Shown piece after piece: positions 49,890 through 58,992 of a stretch of DNA of 64,000 bases. The stretch is from an uncultured delta proteobacterium (GTDB taxonomy: Bacteria; Myxococcota; UBA727; VGSZ01). How positions within the stretch are numbered: the stretch's first letter is position 1; each line of letters opens with the position of its first letter. The stretch covers positions 256,001-320,000 of the forward strand of contig CAVZJB010000012.1 in the NCBI GenBank assembly GCA_963775425.1, written 5' to 3'. The translations under genes were made by a program, and so were the position numbers. The notes under the pieces were generated by a model. It ran no database searches, was not told the DNA's origin, and saw only the letters and a program-made list of their open reading frames with translations.

Positions 49890-50236
49890 CTAGCGGCTCG
49901 GCGATCGCTCGCGCAGCTCGCGCTTCAGGGTCCGCTCGAGCGCGGGCAGCGCCGCCGCGAGTCCCCCGTCGACGAACACCGGGGCCGGGAGCGTCCTCGT
50001 CCAGCGCGCGCCGCGGGGAAAGACGACGGCGGTGTCGTAGAGGACGCCGTCGGGATCGGCGTCGGTGCGCAGCCGCGCCTGCGCCGGCGAGCCGGGGAAC
50101 GCGAGCTCGGCCTTGCGCAGCTCCTGCGACATCCGGCGTGGAGGTCGCCGGCGGTCAGGGGCGCGGGCGCGGGCGGGCCGCCGGCGACGGCCGTGGCGAC
50201 GAGGAGAGCGAGCACGGTCACGGGGGCACGGAACAC
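49890..50236 (-). pseudogene. Small secreted protein, frameshifted near 50134
   Basis: Signal-peptide ORF MFRAPVTVLALLVATAVAG...DLHA joins MSQELRKAELAFPG... if one base is added. Confidence 0.5.
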
Positions 50237-50288
50237 GCGACGGCGCGGCGCTATTTCACCGGGCCCGCTTGGGGGCTACGGTCGCCGC

Positions 50289-51050
50289 ATGACGACATTC
50301 GACCTCTCGGGAAAGGTGGCGATCATCACCGGCGGCAGCCGCGGCATCGGGGAGGGCATCGCTCGCCTGCTCGCCAAGCACGGCGCCTTGGTGGTGGTGG
50401 CCAGCCGCAAGCTCGAGGGGTGCGAGCGTGTGGCGTCGTCCATCAACGAGAGCGGCGGCAAAGCCGAGGCGCTCGCCTGCCACACCGGCGACCTCGCGCA
50501 GATCGAGGCGCTGTTCGCCCACGTGGAGAAGGCACACGGCCGCTGCGACATCGTCGTCAACAACGCCGCCACCAACGTGCACTTCGGGCCCACCGAGGAG
50601 ACGTCGCCGGAGGCGTTTCGGAAGATCATCGACGTCAACCTGCGCGGTCCCTTCTTCATGTCCACGCGCGCCAAGGCGCTCATGGAGAAGACCGGCGGCG
50701 GGGCCATCGTCAACGTGTCGTCCATCAACGCCGAGATCCCCGGCGCGTTCCAGACCGTCTACTCGATGACCAAGGCGGCGCTCGTCAACCTTACCAAGGC
50801 GTGCGCCAAGGAGTGGGCGTCGTCAGGCGTCCGCGTGAACGCCATCCTGCCGGGTATCACCGACACCAAGCTCGCGGCCGCCATCGTGCAGAACGAGGAC
50901 GTGCGCGACGAGGTCGTCAAGCACGTGCCGCTCGGTCGCGTGGCGCGGCCGGAGGAGATGGCCGCGGCGGTGCTGTACCTCGTGTCTCCGGCGGCGAGCT
51001 ACACCACCGGCGCCTGCGTCCCCGTCGACGGCGGCTACCTGACCATGTGA
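50289..51050 (+). CDS. Short-chain dehydrogenase/reductase
   Basis: TGGSRGIG, NNAA, YSMTK, RVNAILPG, VDGG. Confidence 0.95.
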   Translation: MTTFDLSGKVAIITGGSRGIGEGIARLLAKHGALVVVASRKLEGCERVASSINESGGKAEALACHTGDLAQIEALFAHVEKAHGRCDIVVNNAATNVHFGPTEETSPEAFRKIIDVNLRGPFFMSTRAKALMEKTGGGAIVNVSSINAEIPGAFQTVYSMTKAALVNLTKACAKEWASSGVRVNAILPGITDTKLAAAIVQNEDVRDEVVKHVPLGRVARPEEMAAAVLYLVSPAASYTTGACVPVDGGYLTM

Positions 51051-51099
51051 CGAACGGGCGGGTGACGTCGTCGCCGGCGCGGATCGCTATCTCGCCGGC

Positions 51100-51588
51100 A
51101 TGCTCTTCGATTGGCACCGGGCCTTCGTGCCCTCGTGGCCGCCGCTCGAGGTCGTGCTGCGCGCGCTCGTCATGTTCGCGCTCGTGCAGATCGGCTTCCG
51201 CGTCACCGGCCGCAAGGAGATGACGCGCTACGCCGCCCACGACGTCGCGCTCCTCCTCCTCCTCGCCGCCGCCGGGCGCCGCGCGATCGTCGGCACCGAC
51301 GACAGCCTGACCACCGCCGCCATCGCGCTCGCCACGCTGTTCGGCGCGAACTGGGCGCTGTCGGCCGCGGCGCGGCGCTGGCGGCGCGCATCCCTGTTCT
51401 GGGAGGGACCGGTGCTCGCGATCATCAAGGACGGCGCGCTCGACGTCGCCGCCCTCCGCCGCGCGCGCGTGTCCGAAGACGAGCTGCGCTCGAGCTTGCG
51501 CCGGCAGCACGGCACCGCCGACCTCGGCCGTGTGCGCGCGGCGTACCTCGAGCGTTCGGGCGCGCTGTCGTTCCAGCTCGACGGGTGA
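51100..51588 (+). CDS. DUF421/YetF family membrane protein
   Basis: GRKEM, EGPVLAIIKDG, EL.SSLR, AYLERSG.LS. Confidence 0.85.
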   Translation: MLFDWHRAFVPSWPPLEVVLRALVMFALVQIGFRVTGRKEMTRYAAHDVALLLLLAAAGRRAIVGTDDSLTTAAIALATLFGANWALSAAARRWRRASLFWEGPVLAIIKDGALDVAALRRARVSEDELRSSLRRQHGTADLGRVRAAYLERSGALSFQLDG

Positions 51589-51591
51589 GCG

Positions 51592-52926
51592 TCAGGGCCA
51601 GATGCCGCGGGAGAGGTAGACGTCGCGCAGGCGCTCGAGCGAGATGGCGTAGCAGACGGTGCGCATGTCGTTGCTCTTGAGCTCGCGCATGCGCTCGAGC
51701 ACCGTTTGATAGGAGCGGCGCATGCGGCGCTCGAGGCGCATCTGCACTTCCTCGAGCTCCCAGCTCTCGCTGCGCTTGTTCTGCAGCCACTCGTAGTAGC
51801 TGACGATGACGCCGCCGGAGTTGGCGAGGATGTCGGGGATGACCTCGATGCCCTTGTCGAGGAGCACCTTCTCTCCCTCGAGGTCGGTGGGGCCGTTGGC
51901 GCCCTCGACGACGACCTTGCACGCCATCTCCTTGGCCTCGTCGGCGCCGATCTGCAGCTCGAGCGCGGCGGGGACGAAGATGTCGACGTCGGCGGCGAAG
52001 AACTCCTCGCGCGAGATCTCCTTGGCGCCCGGGTAGCCGTGAAGCCCGCGGTTCTTCTTGACGTAGTCGCCGAGCTTGTGCGGGTTGAAGCCTTCGGGGT
52101 TGCGGAAGTAGCCGGTGTGGTCGCCGACGGTGGTGAGCGTGACGCCCATGCGCGACAGGATGCGCGCGGCGTTGGAGCCGACGTTGCCGTAGCCCTGCAC
52201 CGCGAGGGTGCTGCCGTCGAGGTTGAAGCGCTTGGTGTGCGCCCACTCCTGGATGCAATAGACGACGCCTTGGCCCGTGGCCTGCTCGCGCCCCTGGGAG
52301 CCGCCGCACGGGAGTGACTTGCCGGTGACGACGCGTTTCACCGCCTGGCGGTCGCTGGTGCTGATGATGTTCACGTACGTGTCCATCATCCAGTCCATGG
52401 TCTGGCTGTTGGTGCCGACGTCGGGTGCGGGGACGTCCCACTCGGGGCCGATGTTGCTGCCGAGGGCGTGGGTGAAGCGGCGGGTGATGCGCTCCTTGTC
52501 CTCGGCGTCGAACTCGGCCGGGTTGAACTTCACGCCGCCCTTGGCGCCGCCGAGGGGCAGCCGCGCGAGCGCGCACTTCCACGTCATCCAGGAGGCCAGC
52601 GCCTTGCACTCGTCGAGATAGACGTCCTGGTGGTAGCGGATGCCGCCCTTGAAGGGCCCGAGGAGGTTCGAGTGCTGGACCCGGTAACCCTTGAACATCC
52701 GGATCTCACCGGACTTGAGCTTCACCGGGAAGTGGATGATCAGCTCGTTCTTGGGCTGGCCGAGGATGCCCGCGATCTCGGACGGCAGCTTGATCGCTTC
52801 GATGCCTCGCTCCAACTGAGCGGTGACGACGTCGAAGAGGTTGGCCCGCGTGTGGAAGGAGGACGCACCCCCCACCGGACCGCCCTCGCTCGAGACCTTG
52901 GGTTCCTCTGCGGTGGTTTTGGCCAT
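51592..52926 (-). CDS. Glu/Leu/Phe/Val dehydrogenase (GudB/RocG-like glutamate dehydrogenase)
   Basis: GYRVQHS, GPFKGGIRY, MTWKCA, GGAKGG, DVPAPDVGT, GYGNVG, EGANGP, NSGGVIVSYYEWLQN. Confidence 0.93.
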   Translation of the reverse strand: MAKTTAEEPKVSSEGGPVGGASSFHTRANLFDVVTAQLERGIEAIKLPSEIAGILGQPKNELIIHFPVKLKSGEIRMFKGYRVQHSNLLGPFKGGIRYHQDVYLDECKALASWMTWKCALARLPLGGAKGGVKFNPAEFDAEDKERITRRFTHALGSNIGPEWDVPAPDVGTNSQTMDWMMDTYVNIISTSDRQAVKRVVTGKSLPCGGSQGREQATGQGVVYCIQEWAHTKRFNLDGSTLAVQGYGNVGSNAARILSRMGVTLTTVGDHTGYFRNPEGFNPHKLGDYVKKNRGLHGYPGAKEISREEFFAADVDIFVPAALELQIGADEAKEMACKVVVEGANGPTDLEGEKVLLDKGIEVIPDILANSGGVIVSYYEWLQNKRSESWELEEVQMRLERRMRRSYQTVLERMRELKSNDMRTVCYAISLERLRDVYLSRGIWP

Positions 52927-52973
52927 ATGTCCGGTCCTTTAGCACAAGGTCGGCACGGAGGTAGTGTGCCCCC

Positions 52974-53639
52974 ATGCGCAACGTCATCCTCGCCCTCCTG
53001 ATGCTCTCCCCCGCGGCCGCGCGCGCCGACGCCCTCAAGCTGGACGACGACCTCCTCGTCGAGGCAAATCGCCTCTTGGCAGAGAACACCCAGGCGGCGT
53101 CGACGCTGCCTGCGATGCTCGACCTGATGCATGAAGCGGCGTCGAAGACGTCGTCGTCGTCGTCCGGCCACGGCCCTGGGGTTCTCACCGGCGTGGGCAT
53201 CGGGCTCCAGGTGGGGACGCCCACGGCGCTCACCTTCAAATTCGGTGCGGCGGCAAACGCCAACATCGTCCTCGGCGTCGGCCTGGGCTTCGGCTTCAAC
53301 GATCCCTTCGGGCGCTTCTTTGGCTTGAGCCTCCACGGTGACTACCTGTTCACGCTCGTCACCCTCGTGAACAACGGCACCATCGACCTCACGGCGTACC
53401 TGGGGCCGGGGCTGTGGATCACGCTGTTCAACGCGAGCCACTACGTCTTCTTCAACAACTTCGTCATCGCCAACAACTACGACCTCATCGGCATCGGCGC
53501 ACGCTTGCCGCTCGGCCTCAACCTGCGCTTCTCCGCGGCGCCCATCGAGCTCTACCTCGAGCTCGACCCGGCGCTGTTCATCTTCCCGGGCATCGGCGGC
53601 TTCGTCGGCGCGTCGCTCGGCTTCCGGTGGTTCTTCTGA
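52974..53639 (+). CDS. Small outer-membrane beta-barrel protein (paralog of 37268-37951)
   Basis: Signal peptide; GIGLQVGTPTALT, LHGDY, RLPLGL, ELYLELDP, GFRWFF. Confidence 0.75.
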   Translation: MRNVILALLMLSPAAARADALKLDDDLLVEANRLLAENTQAASTLPAMLDLMHEAASKTSSSSSGHGPGVLTGVGIGLQVGTPTALTFKFGAAANANIVLGVGLGFGFNDPFGRFFGLSLHGDYLFTLVTLVNNGTIDLTAYLGPGLWITLFNASHYVFFNNFVIANNYDLIGIGARLPLGLNLRFSAAPIELYLELDPALFIFPGIGGFVGASLGFRWFF

Positions 53640-54367
53640 TGCGCTTGTTCCTCCTCTCCCTCGCCGTCGTCGTCGTCGCCGCCGGCTGCGTCGACCGCGC
53701 CGCAGAACAAAAGAAGAAGGCGGCGCAGCAGAAGGCGTTCTTCGAGGCCGAGGCCAAGGCGCAGGCCGAGGAGGACAGGAAGGAGGCGCAGGCCGCCCTC
53801 GACGCCGCCACCAGCGGCTGCAGCGGCGGCGACGGCGCCAAGTGCGTCGAGCTCGGCCGCCTGCAGAAGGACAACGACAAGGCCGCCGCTGCGGCCTCCT
53901 TCGACAAGGGCTGTCACCTGAAGGACGCCGACGGCTGCCGCGAGGCGGCGGCGCTCATCGACGACGGCAAGAAGAAGCTCGAGCTGTTCACGTCGCTGTG
54001 TCACCTCAAGGACGCCGACGGCTGCGTCGAGGGCGCCAAGCTCGCCGACGCGCTCGTCGCCGATCACACGCTGCCGGAGCCGAAGAAGCTCGCGGCGCGC
54101 CCGGCCATGCAACTGCTCGAGCAGGCCTGCGTGCTCGGCCAGGCCATCGCCTGCACCGCCCGCGGCGTCGCCCTCGTCAACGACGAGCCCAAAGGCGCCG
54201 TCGCGTCCTTCGCCAAAGGCTGCGACGCCGGCGAGCCCACCTCGTGCATGCAGCTCGGCCTCATGTACAAGGAGGGCAAGGGCATGCGGAAGAAGAACGA
54301 GAAGAAGGCCGCCGAGCTCCTGAAGAAGGCGTGCGACGCCGGGCTGAAGGATGCGTGCGGCGGCTGA
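53639..54367 (+). CDS. Sel1-like/Hcp-type Cys-rich repeat lipoprotein
   Basis: AAG|C; repeated KGC-x7-C and GLMYKEGKG..KN..KAAEL.KKAC. Confidence 0.85.
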   Translation: MRLFLLSLAVVVVAAGCVDRAAEQKKKAAQQKAFFEAEAKAQAEEDRKEAQAALDAATSGCSGGDGAKCVELGRLQKDNDKAAAAASFDKGCHLKDADGCREAAALIDDGKKKLELFTSLCHLKDADGCVEGAKLADALVADHTLPEPKKLAARPAMQLLEQACVLGQAIACTARGVALVNDEPKGAVASFAKGCDAGEPTSCMQLGLMYKEGKGMRKKNEKKAAELLKKACDAGLKDACGG

Positions 54368-54373
54368 CGGCGC

Positions 54374-55543
54374 TCAGATCGTGAAGGCGATGTCGCGCGC
54401 GGCGTCCGCGGGGCCGTCGGCGTCGCCGCCGTCGAGGAGCCAGGCGCGGTAGGCCTCGATGTCGGCGTGGAGCAGGTCCGCCTCGGTGCTGGCGAAGGCG
54501 AGCGGCTCCGGCCCGCGCATGCCCTTGCGCTGCGCCGCCATGATCTCGACGTCCTGCGTGATGACCTGCGTCGTGTACCAGAAGAGCACGCGCTCGAGCG
54601 CGCGCGCGAGCAGGTTGCCGGGCAGGTCGGCGGGCAGGCGGTAGGAGATGGCGGTGTACACCATGGAGTCGAGCGGACCGACAGGTGTGATCTGACTGTT
54701 GATGACGAAGCCCGCCCGGTCTCCCCACGTGTAGTCGACGCGGGTGATGTTCGGGACATAGTATTTGTCGGTGTGCACCATGGGCTCGGTACCGAGCGGG
54801 TTCATGATGCGGCCAAGGCCCGAGAGCAGGTCCTGCGCCTGCCGATAGGTGACGAGGACCGAGCCGTTCGCGCGCTCCACCGTGGCCGGCACCCGCTTGG
54901 TGCGCCGCCGGCGGAACCAACCGCGATGGACGTACACCGTGTGCGGCACGTCCATGAAATTCTCCACCAGGTTGGTCACGCCGTTTGGGAAACGTGTGAC
55001 CATGAAGTAGACGACCCAATCCGGGTGGTTCCAATAGGGCACCGGGAACGGGTCCTTTCGGGGCTCTCCCAGGCACACGTAGACGAGGCCGTCCTGCTCG
55101 CGCACCGCGAAGGTCTTCAGGCAGCCGACGTCGGCGGGCGCGAGGCGCAGCCCCGCCCGCTGGTGCTCGACGTCGGAGAGCACGCCCCCGCGCTGCGCAT
55201 CGCCGAGCGACGGGATGTGCACGCAGCGTCCGGCGCCGTCGTAGCTCCAGCCGTGGTAGGGGCAGCAGAGCTTGCCGTCGACGACCTCGCCCGACGACAG
55301 CGCGGTGGCCCGATGCAGACACCGGTCGCGCGCGGCGCAGGCGTGGCCGCGCTCGTCGCGAAACAGCACGATGGGCAGGCCGAACACCGTGCGCGCGAGC
55401 GGCTTCGTGCGCGACAGCTCGGTCGACAGGCACGCCGGCGTCCAGAAGTCCTTCAGGGCGCCGCAGCGCTCGACGTCGGCTTCGCGCTCGAGGTCGATCT
55501 GGGGCCGGTTGACGACCTCGCCCTTGTGGAGGTGGAGCACCAT
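54374..55543 (-). CDS. Rieske non-heme iron oxygenase alpha subunit (VanA-like)
   Basis: RCLHR...CCPYHGW Rieske motif; ENFMDVPHTVYVH; QD mononuclear Fe ligand. Confidence 0.92.
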   Translation of the reverse strand: MVLHLHKGEVVNRPQIDLEREADVERCGALKDFWTPACLSTELSRTKPLARTVFGLPIVLFRDERGHACAARDRCLHRATALSSGEVVDGKLCCPYHGWSYDGAGRCVHIPSLGDAQRGGVLSDVEHQRAGLRLAPADVGCLKTFAVREQDGLVYVCLGEPRKDPFPVPYWNHPDWVVYFMVTRFPNGVTNLVENFMDVPHTVYVHRGWFRRRRTKRVPATVERANGSVLVTYRQAQDLLSGLGRIMNPLGTEPMVHTDKYYVPNITRVDYTWGDRAGFVINSQITPVGPLDSMVYTAISYRLPADLPGNLLARALERVLFWYTTQVITQDVEIMAAQRKGMRGPEPLAFASTEADLLHADIEAYRAWLLDGGDADGPADAARDIAFTI

Positions 55544-55608
55544 GGCCGCGAGCATAGCGCCGGCGTGCGCGCCGCGGCCGGGTCCGTTAGGACTAGCGGG
55601 AGGCGCGC

Positions 55609-56442
55609 ATGAGCTGGGGATGGACGAGCGTTCTCGTCCGGGTGGTCAAGAAGATCGGGAGCGAGAACATCCCGCTCGTCGCCGCGGGTGTGTCCTTCTA
55701 CGCGACGCTGGCGATCTTCCCCGCGCTCATCGCGATCGTATCGATCTATGGCTTGGTCTCCGACGCGAACGACCTCGAGCGCGAGCTGCGCGCGCTGTCC
55801 GGTGCGCTGCCCGCGAGCGCGCAGGCGTTGATGCTCCGCCAGCTCACGGAGATCGTCAGGAGCTCGCCCACCGCGCTCGGCTGGGGCGTGGTGCTCAGCA
55901 TCGCAGGCGTGCTGTGGAGCGCCGCGAGCGGCGCCAAGGGCCTCATCAAGGCCGTGAACCTCGCCTGCCACGCGAAGAGGAAGCGCAACTTCGTGCACCT
56001 GACCGCGCTCGCGCTGGTGTTCGCCGTCGGCATCATCGTCGTCACCGTCGTCGTCCTCTTCGCCATCGCCGCCCTGCCGCGCCTGCTCGCGCTCCTGGGG
56101 GTGGGGAGCTCGGGCGTGGCCGCGCTCGCGTGGCTGCGCTGGCCGGTGCTCTTCCTGCTCGTGCTCGGCGCGCTCGCCGTGTTCTACACATACGCGCCGG
56201 CGGACGAGCGGCCGCGCTTTCGCTCGGTGGCGGCGGGCGCCGCGTCGGCGACCGCGCTGTGGACCGCGGCTTCGTTGTTGTTCTCGTGGTACGTCTCGAG
56301 CTTCTCCAAGCTCAACCAGACCTACGGCACGCTCGCCGGCGTGATCGTGCTGCTCCTGTGGTTCTACATCTCGGGCGTGGTGGTCCTGCTCGGCGCCGAG
56401 CTCAACGCCGAGCTCGAGCGCCGGCGGGCGCCCGCGGCTTGA
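55609..56442 (+). CDS. YihY/BrkB family membrane protein
   Basis: AAGVSFYATLAIFPAL, LWSAASG, TYGTLAGVIVLLLWFY, GAELNA. Confidence 0.93.
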   Translation: MSWGWTSVLVRVVKKIGSENIPLVAAGVSFYATLAIFPALIAIVSIYGLVSDANDLERELRALSGALPASAQALMLRQLTEIVRSSPTALGWGVVLSIAGVLWSAASGAKGLIKAVNLACHAKRKRNFVHLTALALVFAVGIIVVTVVVLFAIAALPRLLALLGVGSSGVAALAWLRWPVLFLLVLGALAVFYTYAPADERPRFRSVAAGAASATALWTAASLLFSWYVSSFSKLNQTYGTLAGVIVLLLWFYISGVVVLLGAELNAELERRRAPAA

Positions 56443-56445
56443 CGC

Positions 56446-56910
56446 TCAGGCGGGCGCGTACTCGACGACGGTGACGTCCTCGCCCGCGAGCGCGTCGTCG
56501 ATGACCTTCGACAGGACCGCCCAGTCGCCGCCGGCGGCGCCCGCGCCGATGCGCGGCAGCCCGATGCGCTTGCCCGCGTACGCCTCGCGCACCGCGCGCA
56601 TCGCGCGGCCGACGGCGTCGACGTCGACGAGGGGGGTGGTGCTGCGCCCGCCGCGGTATTGCGTGTAGGCGTTGACGACGGTGAAGCGGTGCTCGCCGTC
56701 CCCGACCACCTCCGCCGACGACAACCTGCCGAGCTTCCCGCGGTCGCCCTTGGTGGTGCGGCAGTCGGCCGCGTAGGCCTCCGGGAAGCGCCGCTTGATC
56801 TGTCCGGCGACGCCGCTGCCGAACGCGCAGAAGCAGTTGCAGCCGTGCACGATGACGTCGAAGTCGCCGCGCTGTGCGAGAGCAAGGAGGTCACCGCGCA
56901 CGCTCTTCAT
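56446..56910 (-). CDS. Macro domain protein (Poa1p/TARG1-like ADP-ribose hydrolase)
   Basis: VRGDLL, HGCNCF..FGSGVA.QIK..FP, VNAYTQ, LPRIGAG.AGGDW. Confidence 0.88.
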   Translation of the reverse strand: MKSVRGDLLALAQRGDFDVIVHGCNCFCAFGSGVAGQIKRRFPEAYAADCRTTKGDRGKLGRLSSAEVVGDGEHRFTVVNAYTQYRGGRSTTPLVDVDAVGRAMRAVREAYAGKRIGLPRIGAGAAGGDWAVLSKVIDDALAGEDVTVVEYAPA

Positions 56911-56971
56911 GGCGCGGAGGATGCCGCGAACCCGGGCGCGCGGCTATCCGGATCGCGCACCCTCGGCGAGC

Positions 56972-58144
56972 TCAGGACGCGCGCGCGGGGAGCCGCACGC
57001 GGAAGCGCGTGCCCTCGACCGCGTTCGAGCGGACCTCGATGGTGCCGCCGTGGGCGCGCACGATCTCGCGCGCGATGAACAGGCCGAGCCCGAGGCCGCG
57101 GCGCCCCTCGCGTGGGACGCCCCTGCGGTAGGGCTCGAAGACGTGCGGCAAGACGGCCTCGTCGATGGGCGCGCCGCCGTTGTGGACGTCGACGAGCGCC
57201 GCGCCGCCGGCGTCCGTCCGCACCGATACCGTGACGGTGGAGCCGTCACCGTGCACCACCGCGTTGGTGACGAGGTTCGACAACGCCTGAGCGAACGCGC
57301 GCCCATCGAGCTGCGCGGCTGCGCCGGGCGGGGCGTCGAGGACGATGACGGACTCGGCGTGCACGGCTTCCACCTCCGCGATGACCGCGCGACACAGCGC
57401 GCCTAGATCGTGCTCGGACGCGTGCACCGGGAAGCCGGTCTGCGCGCGCGACGCGTCCACCATCTCCTCGATCATGTCGGCCATGCGGCCGGCGCTGCGC
57501 ATGATGCGGTCGACGCGCGGGCCGATGCCGGGGCACGTCGACTGCCGCGCGATGACGCGCGCGGTCAGCGTGATGGCTGACAGCGGCGTGCGCAGGTCGT
57601 GCCCCACCACCGCGAGCAGGTGATCGCGCAACAGGTGCGTCTCGTCGACGGCGCGCCGCGACGACTCGGCCTCCTCGAGAGCGCGCTCGATGCGCTCGAG
57701 GTCGTTCTGCATCTCGCGCTGGCGGTAGGCGAGGTCGAGGAACACGCGCACCTTGGTGCGCACCACCTCGGGCGTCACCGGCTTGGTGATGAAGTCCACC
57801 GCGCCGCCGTTGGTGTAGGCGCGCAGGACCTTGGACTCGTCGTGCTGCGCCGCCGTGACGAAGATGATGGGGACGCTGCGCGTCCTCTCGATGCCGCGCA
57901 TCATCTCGGCGAGCTCGATGCCGTCCATCCCCGGCATCTGCACGTCGATGAGCGCGACCGCAAAGTCTCGCTGCAGGAGGAGCTCGAGCGCTTCGTCGGC
58001 GCAGCGCGCCATGCAGATGTGCGCGCCGGTGTCTCGCAGCAGCGCTTCGTGGGCGAAGAGGTTCTCTTCCCGGTCATCGACGAGCAGGCAACCGGGCTGG
58101 AAGGCGTTGGCAACCGAACCGTCGACCATGCTTTCGAATCTCAT
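56972..58144 (-). CDS. Receiver - histidine kinase hybrid
   Basis: LLVDD..EN, LIDVQMP, FITKP; GHDLRTPL, NLVTNAVVH, GLGLGL. Confidence 0.92.
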   Translation of the reverse strand: MRFESMVDGSVANAFQPGCLLVDDREENLFAHEALLRDTGAHICMARCADEALELLLQRDFAVALIDVQMPGMDGIELAEMMRGIERTRSVPIIFVTAAQHDESKVLRAYTNGGAVDFITKPVTPEVVRTKVRVFLDLAYRQREMQNDLERIERALEEAESSRRAVDETHLLRDHLLAVVGHDLRTPLSAITLTARVIARQSTCPGIGPRVDRIMRSAGRMADMIEEMVDASRAQTGFPVHASEHDLGALCRAVIAEVEAVHAESVIVLDAPPGAAAQLDGRAFAQALSNLVTNAVVHGDGSTVTVSVRTDAGGAALVDVHNGGAPIDEAVLPHVFEPYRRGVPREGRRGLGLGLFIAREIVRAHGGTIEVRSNAVEGTRFRVRLPARAS

Positions 58145-58160
58145 ATGCTGCGTACGGCGT

Positions 58161-58988
58161 CTAGCTCGATCGCTTTCGGCGATAGATGTGTTGATCCGAC
58201 ACGACGGCCTCGAACGCTGCGCGCCGCCCGTCGCGCGCGAGCCGCTCGGCGCCGCCGAGGCAGAGGTAGCCGCCGGGACACAATGCCTCCGCGAAGAGAT
58301 CGACCGCGCGTTCTTGAAGCCGCTGCTCAAAGTAGATCAGTACGTTTCGGCACATGATCAGGTGGACCTCGGAGAACACGGCGTCGGTGGCGAGGTTGTG
58401 CTCCGCGAACACCACCTTGTCGAGCAAGTGGGGCTCGAACAGCGCCGCGTCGTAGTCGACGGTGTAGTAGGCGGAGAGCGAGCGCGCGCCGCCGGCGGCG
58501 AGGTAGCTCGCGCTGTAGCCCGCCACCCGGTGTCGCGGGACCACGCCGCGGCGCGCCTTCTCGAGGCTCGCGGTGTCGATATCGGTGGCGTAGATCATCG
58601 TCCTGTCGAGGAGGCCCTCCTCGGACAGCGCGATGCAGAGGGACAGCACCTCTTCGCCGGTGCTGCAGCCCGCGACCCAGATCTTGAGCGCCGGATAGGT
58701 GCGCAGGTAGGGCAGCACCTCGGTGCGCAGCGCGGCGAACAACGGCGGGTCCCGGAACATCTCCGTGACGGCGACGGTGATGTGCGAGACGAGCATGATG
58801 AACGAGGTCTCGTCGCGCAGCACGCGCCCCTGCAGCTCCGAGAGCGTGTTGAACCCCATGCTCGCCGCCGCCTGCTCGAGGCGGCGCTTCATCGAGCTGC
58901 GCGCGTAGTCGCGGAAGTCGTACCCGTAGCGCGCGCAGACGCTCTCGAGCAGCGCATCCACCTCGATGTCTTCGACGTCGCGCGCCAC
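58161..58988 (-). CDS. cheR: CheR-type protein-glutamate O-methyltransferase
   Basis: YGYDFRDYA, VTEMFRDP, IWVAGCSTGEE, YATDID, CRNVLIYF. Confidence 0.93.
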   Translation of the reverse strand: MARDVEDIEVDALLESVCARYGYDFRDYARSSMKRRLEQAAASMGFNTLSELQGRVLRDETSFIMLVSHITVAVTEMFRDPPLFAALRTEVLPYLRTYPALKIWVAGCSTGEEVLSLCIALSEEGLLDRTMIYATDIDTASLEKARRGVVPRHRVAGYSASYLAAGGARSLSAYYTVDYDAALFEPHLLDKVVFAEHNLATDAVFSEVHLIMCRNVLIYFEQRLQERAVDLFAEALCPGGYLCLGGAERLARDGRRAAFEAVVSDQHIYRRKRSS

Positions 58989-58992
58989 GGCG

